Source: a virus
Taxonomy: Duplodnaviria; Caudoviricetes
Reading direction: 5' to 3' (one strand)
IMG/VR virus record: IMGVR_UViG_3300022909_000060
Span: 1 to 36,044 of that record
Length of the DNA: 36,044 bases
A program made the translations under genes and the position numbers. Shown piece by piece: positions 34,901 through 36,044 of this stretch (the stretch's first letter is position 1; every line of letters begins with the position of its first letter). Under the pieces are notes generated by a model. It was not told the origin of the DNA. It was given only the letters and a program-made list of their open reading frames with translations, and searched no databases.

Positions 34901-36044
34901 CAAATAGAATGGGATTATCCTGCTTTAGTAGATGTAGGGGGCGGGGAACTACAAGAAACTACTCGATATTTAGATGGGTTTGAAATAGTTCATAATGTTC
35001 CCGGAATTGAAAGTCCTGTAAATGCAGGAAAACGAGCACGAAATTATACTTTTACTAACGTTCCAGACGGAAGTTATTTTTTTAGAGTACAGGCTATTTC
35101 TATATCTGGAAAGCGATCGGACTGGATAACTGCACGTTATCTTGTAGACGACCCCTTCAGTGATAATGTAAATAGAATTAAAGGGCTTCAGACTGAAGGT
35201 TTAACTACTCATTTTCCTTATATTACTAATCAAACCGGCATTCTTGGAGCTATACGGGGAGCATATGATACTACAGGTAGTGTAACATATTCCACGAATG
35301 ATGTGGTTACCGACGGAGGTCAGAGCTACTATTTAAGTGGATCTGATACAAATGTAGGTCATGTGTCTGTTTCAGCGGATAACACAGCAACTCCAGGAAC
35401 TTGGACAGAGTATAGTGCAGGAATACTTAAATTTAATGATTCAGGTGAAAATGTAGTTCTTGCTCCTAGCAAATTTAGAAGTGACGAAACTGTCTCATTA
35501 ACTTCTGGGTATACTCTTGATTGTAGTGCAATAAACTCTCTTGGGACTAACTTTCCTGGAATTCCAGGAGGTAATCCTAGAGTAGCTTATGTTGTTTTAG
35601 ACCACGGCTCTTCTGCCTTGAAACTTATTAAAGCAGATTTTGATGAAGCACTTAATCTATTTTATTGGCAGGATTTAAGCATCTATGACCCTACAGACAC
35701 AAATGCTGTATGGAGTGCCTTAACAGGAACTGCTACTGTAGCTGCGGGATCAAATAAAGTAGTAGGCACTGGAACTACTTTTACCTCGCTAAATAATTTA
35801 AACAAATTAAAATTTAGCACTACAGGTTCTTCTATTACTCCAAGTGGGATAACTTGGAGTAGTGGTATCGCTACTGTATCGGCTACAGGACATGGATTAG
35901 TTGTAGGAGATATAATAACTATTTCCGGAGCTAATCCTGAAGGATACAATGAATATACTGTTACAATTTCTTCAGTCGCTAGCGATGGCAACTCCTTTAC
36001 TTACTCTATAGGAACAGACCCCGGCACATATGTTTCTGGAGCTA
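31934..36044 (+). CDS. central tail fibre / tip attachment protein, lambda gpJ-like, truncated by the window end
   Basis: ATG 31934; DAICEGPVEG, SYPHTA, TNNPAWVFYD, EPRFTAN, AFGCTSEGQA.RYGKW, RPGDIIQV, FN3 domain; spot checks give the same frame to the end; absent from the track because no stop codon is in the window. Confidence 0.9.
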   Translation, partial: MTTPVKSNQQHIFIHDAICEGPVEGLLYGESSVYLNNNRARPLNPDAPYAPLNGKIEFTSTSDTTGSLSSNIPGKYVGTPNNTNYLVIRGGSIEKSGTPVNNSGVFTITGDASFTSAYTTEDNLNKVIALVSTDESNQVYLLGEGKLDGTKLTFTPLNPQYDTAIIVQNQDYKVQLLETLEISSIAVDSITVTSGPSLGANGSSPYTYYISGSIQPDAENPDADAPSVQKVKVQFRNGSTIQDPIVELNGVGGGSSYTGNPQDATPQQLKQLNVAAWNASQSGTPENKVPKSDTPAGDPFPRYEGGNYPEGESIATEGAISPTIISATDFGVAESSIPLLDEVRVSISYNSLYAISKKDGEETTNTAIYLFQIRKKAPGASTFNEWQNAFSDGGDTTVGQINHTAKNKSAISFEHFIDLEFIKPFEDFEIRITRLTRHKGRACLSQGQDAGDDQELEAGDSTSFISNITAINRDKFSYPHTAHVGIFLDSREYSSVPKRSYEMRGMRVHVPNGYIPRDYSSTGDATYPDFWDGTMSQSRFYTNNPAWVFYDIIVNDRFGAGEWIKEDDVDLYALYRISKYCDELVDDGKGGTEPRFTANLYLSKATDVYKVLKDMSTIFTSLIYWMDGKMTTILDAPGDPVYNFSRANVLDGAFSYETTGQKTKTNQVVVTWNDPELNYEQSTLVIEDRASIVREGRIIKENAFAFGCTSEGQAQRYGKWKLFTAQGQTEIISFKTALEGAFIRPGDIIQVQDTARYGAKFSGRIASATSTNVTLDRPVTLGSSTYELAVIITEPAAFYVGEGTVNIRNAADDANEETYTRGERITRAWVDDNNNGTRTLQTVDTEAKASNAWTKETGGEFLPTTWKEDSYVESKSISNNQSDVTSLTASFSTTPTANSIWVITETESGTPTAGSADLYKVLSIAQDDKNIYSISAVEHTNDKYAYVDNPDSILDLPNDVFPTEPEFAVAPTQIRVLQTSDASRPDEELQIEWDYPALVDVGGGELQETTRYLDGFEIVHNVPGIESPVNAGKRARNYTFTNVPDGSYFFRVQAISISGKRSDWITARYLVDDPFSDNVNRIKGLQTEGLTTHFPYITNQTGILGAIRGAYDTTGSVTYSTNDVVTDGGQSYYLSGSDTNVGHVSVSADNTATPGTWTEYSAGILKFNDSGENVVLAPSKFRSDETVSLTSGYTLDCSAINSLGTNFPGIPGGNPRVAYVVLDHGSSALKLIKADFDEALNLFYWQDLSIYDPTDTNAVWSALTGTATVAAGSNKVVGTGTTFTSLNNLNKLKFSTTGSSITPSGITWSSGIATVSATGHGLVVGDIITISGANPEGYNEYTVTISSVASDGNSFTYSIGTDPGTYVSGA

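Noticed and set aside
1602-35991. The many minus-strand ORFs in the track
   Set aside because: All are antisense shadows of well-supported + strand genes
1-36044. tRNA, rRNA, integrase, transposase, stop-codon recoding
   Set aside because: None recognised by eye; genes pack tightly under the standard code with all three stop codons in use

Overview
This window is a fragment of a tailed dsDNA phage (siphovirus), almost all on the + strand. It has a T5-like packaging, head and tail-tube module (terS, terL, HNH nuclease, HK97-type portal, prohead protease fused in-frame to the major capsid protein, head/tail completion, tail tube, frameshifted tail chaperones, tape measure). This module is joined to a lambda-type tail tip (gpM/L/K/I/J-like; J is truncated by the window end). 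Spanin-like genes, consensus sigma70 promoters, AGGAG ribosome-binding sites and a Fur-box-like site suggest a proteobacterial host (inference). Two accessory elements stand out. (1) A six-gene, translationally coupled operon of exported or membrane proteins (442-3576) contains a fimbrial-pilin-like subunit and a single-domain PapD-like chaperone but no usher. It is a candidate phage-encoded pilus or surface-assembly system. (2) A 23-codon ORF missed by the ORF track (12449-12520) encodes a PqqA-type PQQ precursor peptide, with no other pqq gene nearby. Other observations are a cluster of very basic microproteins, a 1582-aa modular fibre with a clean microhomology-flanked insertion, an internal capsid start, an apparently leaderless terS mRNA and an EF-hand-bearing holin-like protein. 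All protein family calls come from motif recognition by eye; no database search was run.
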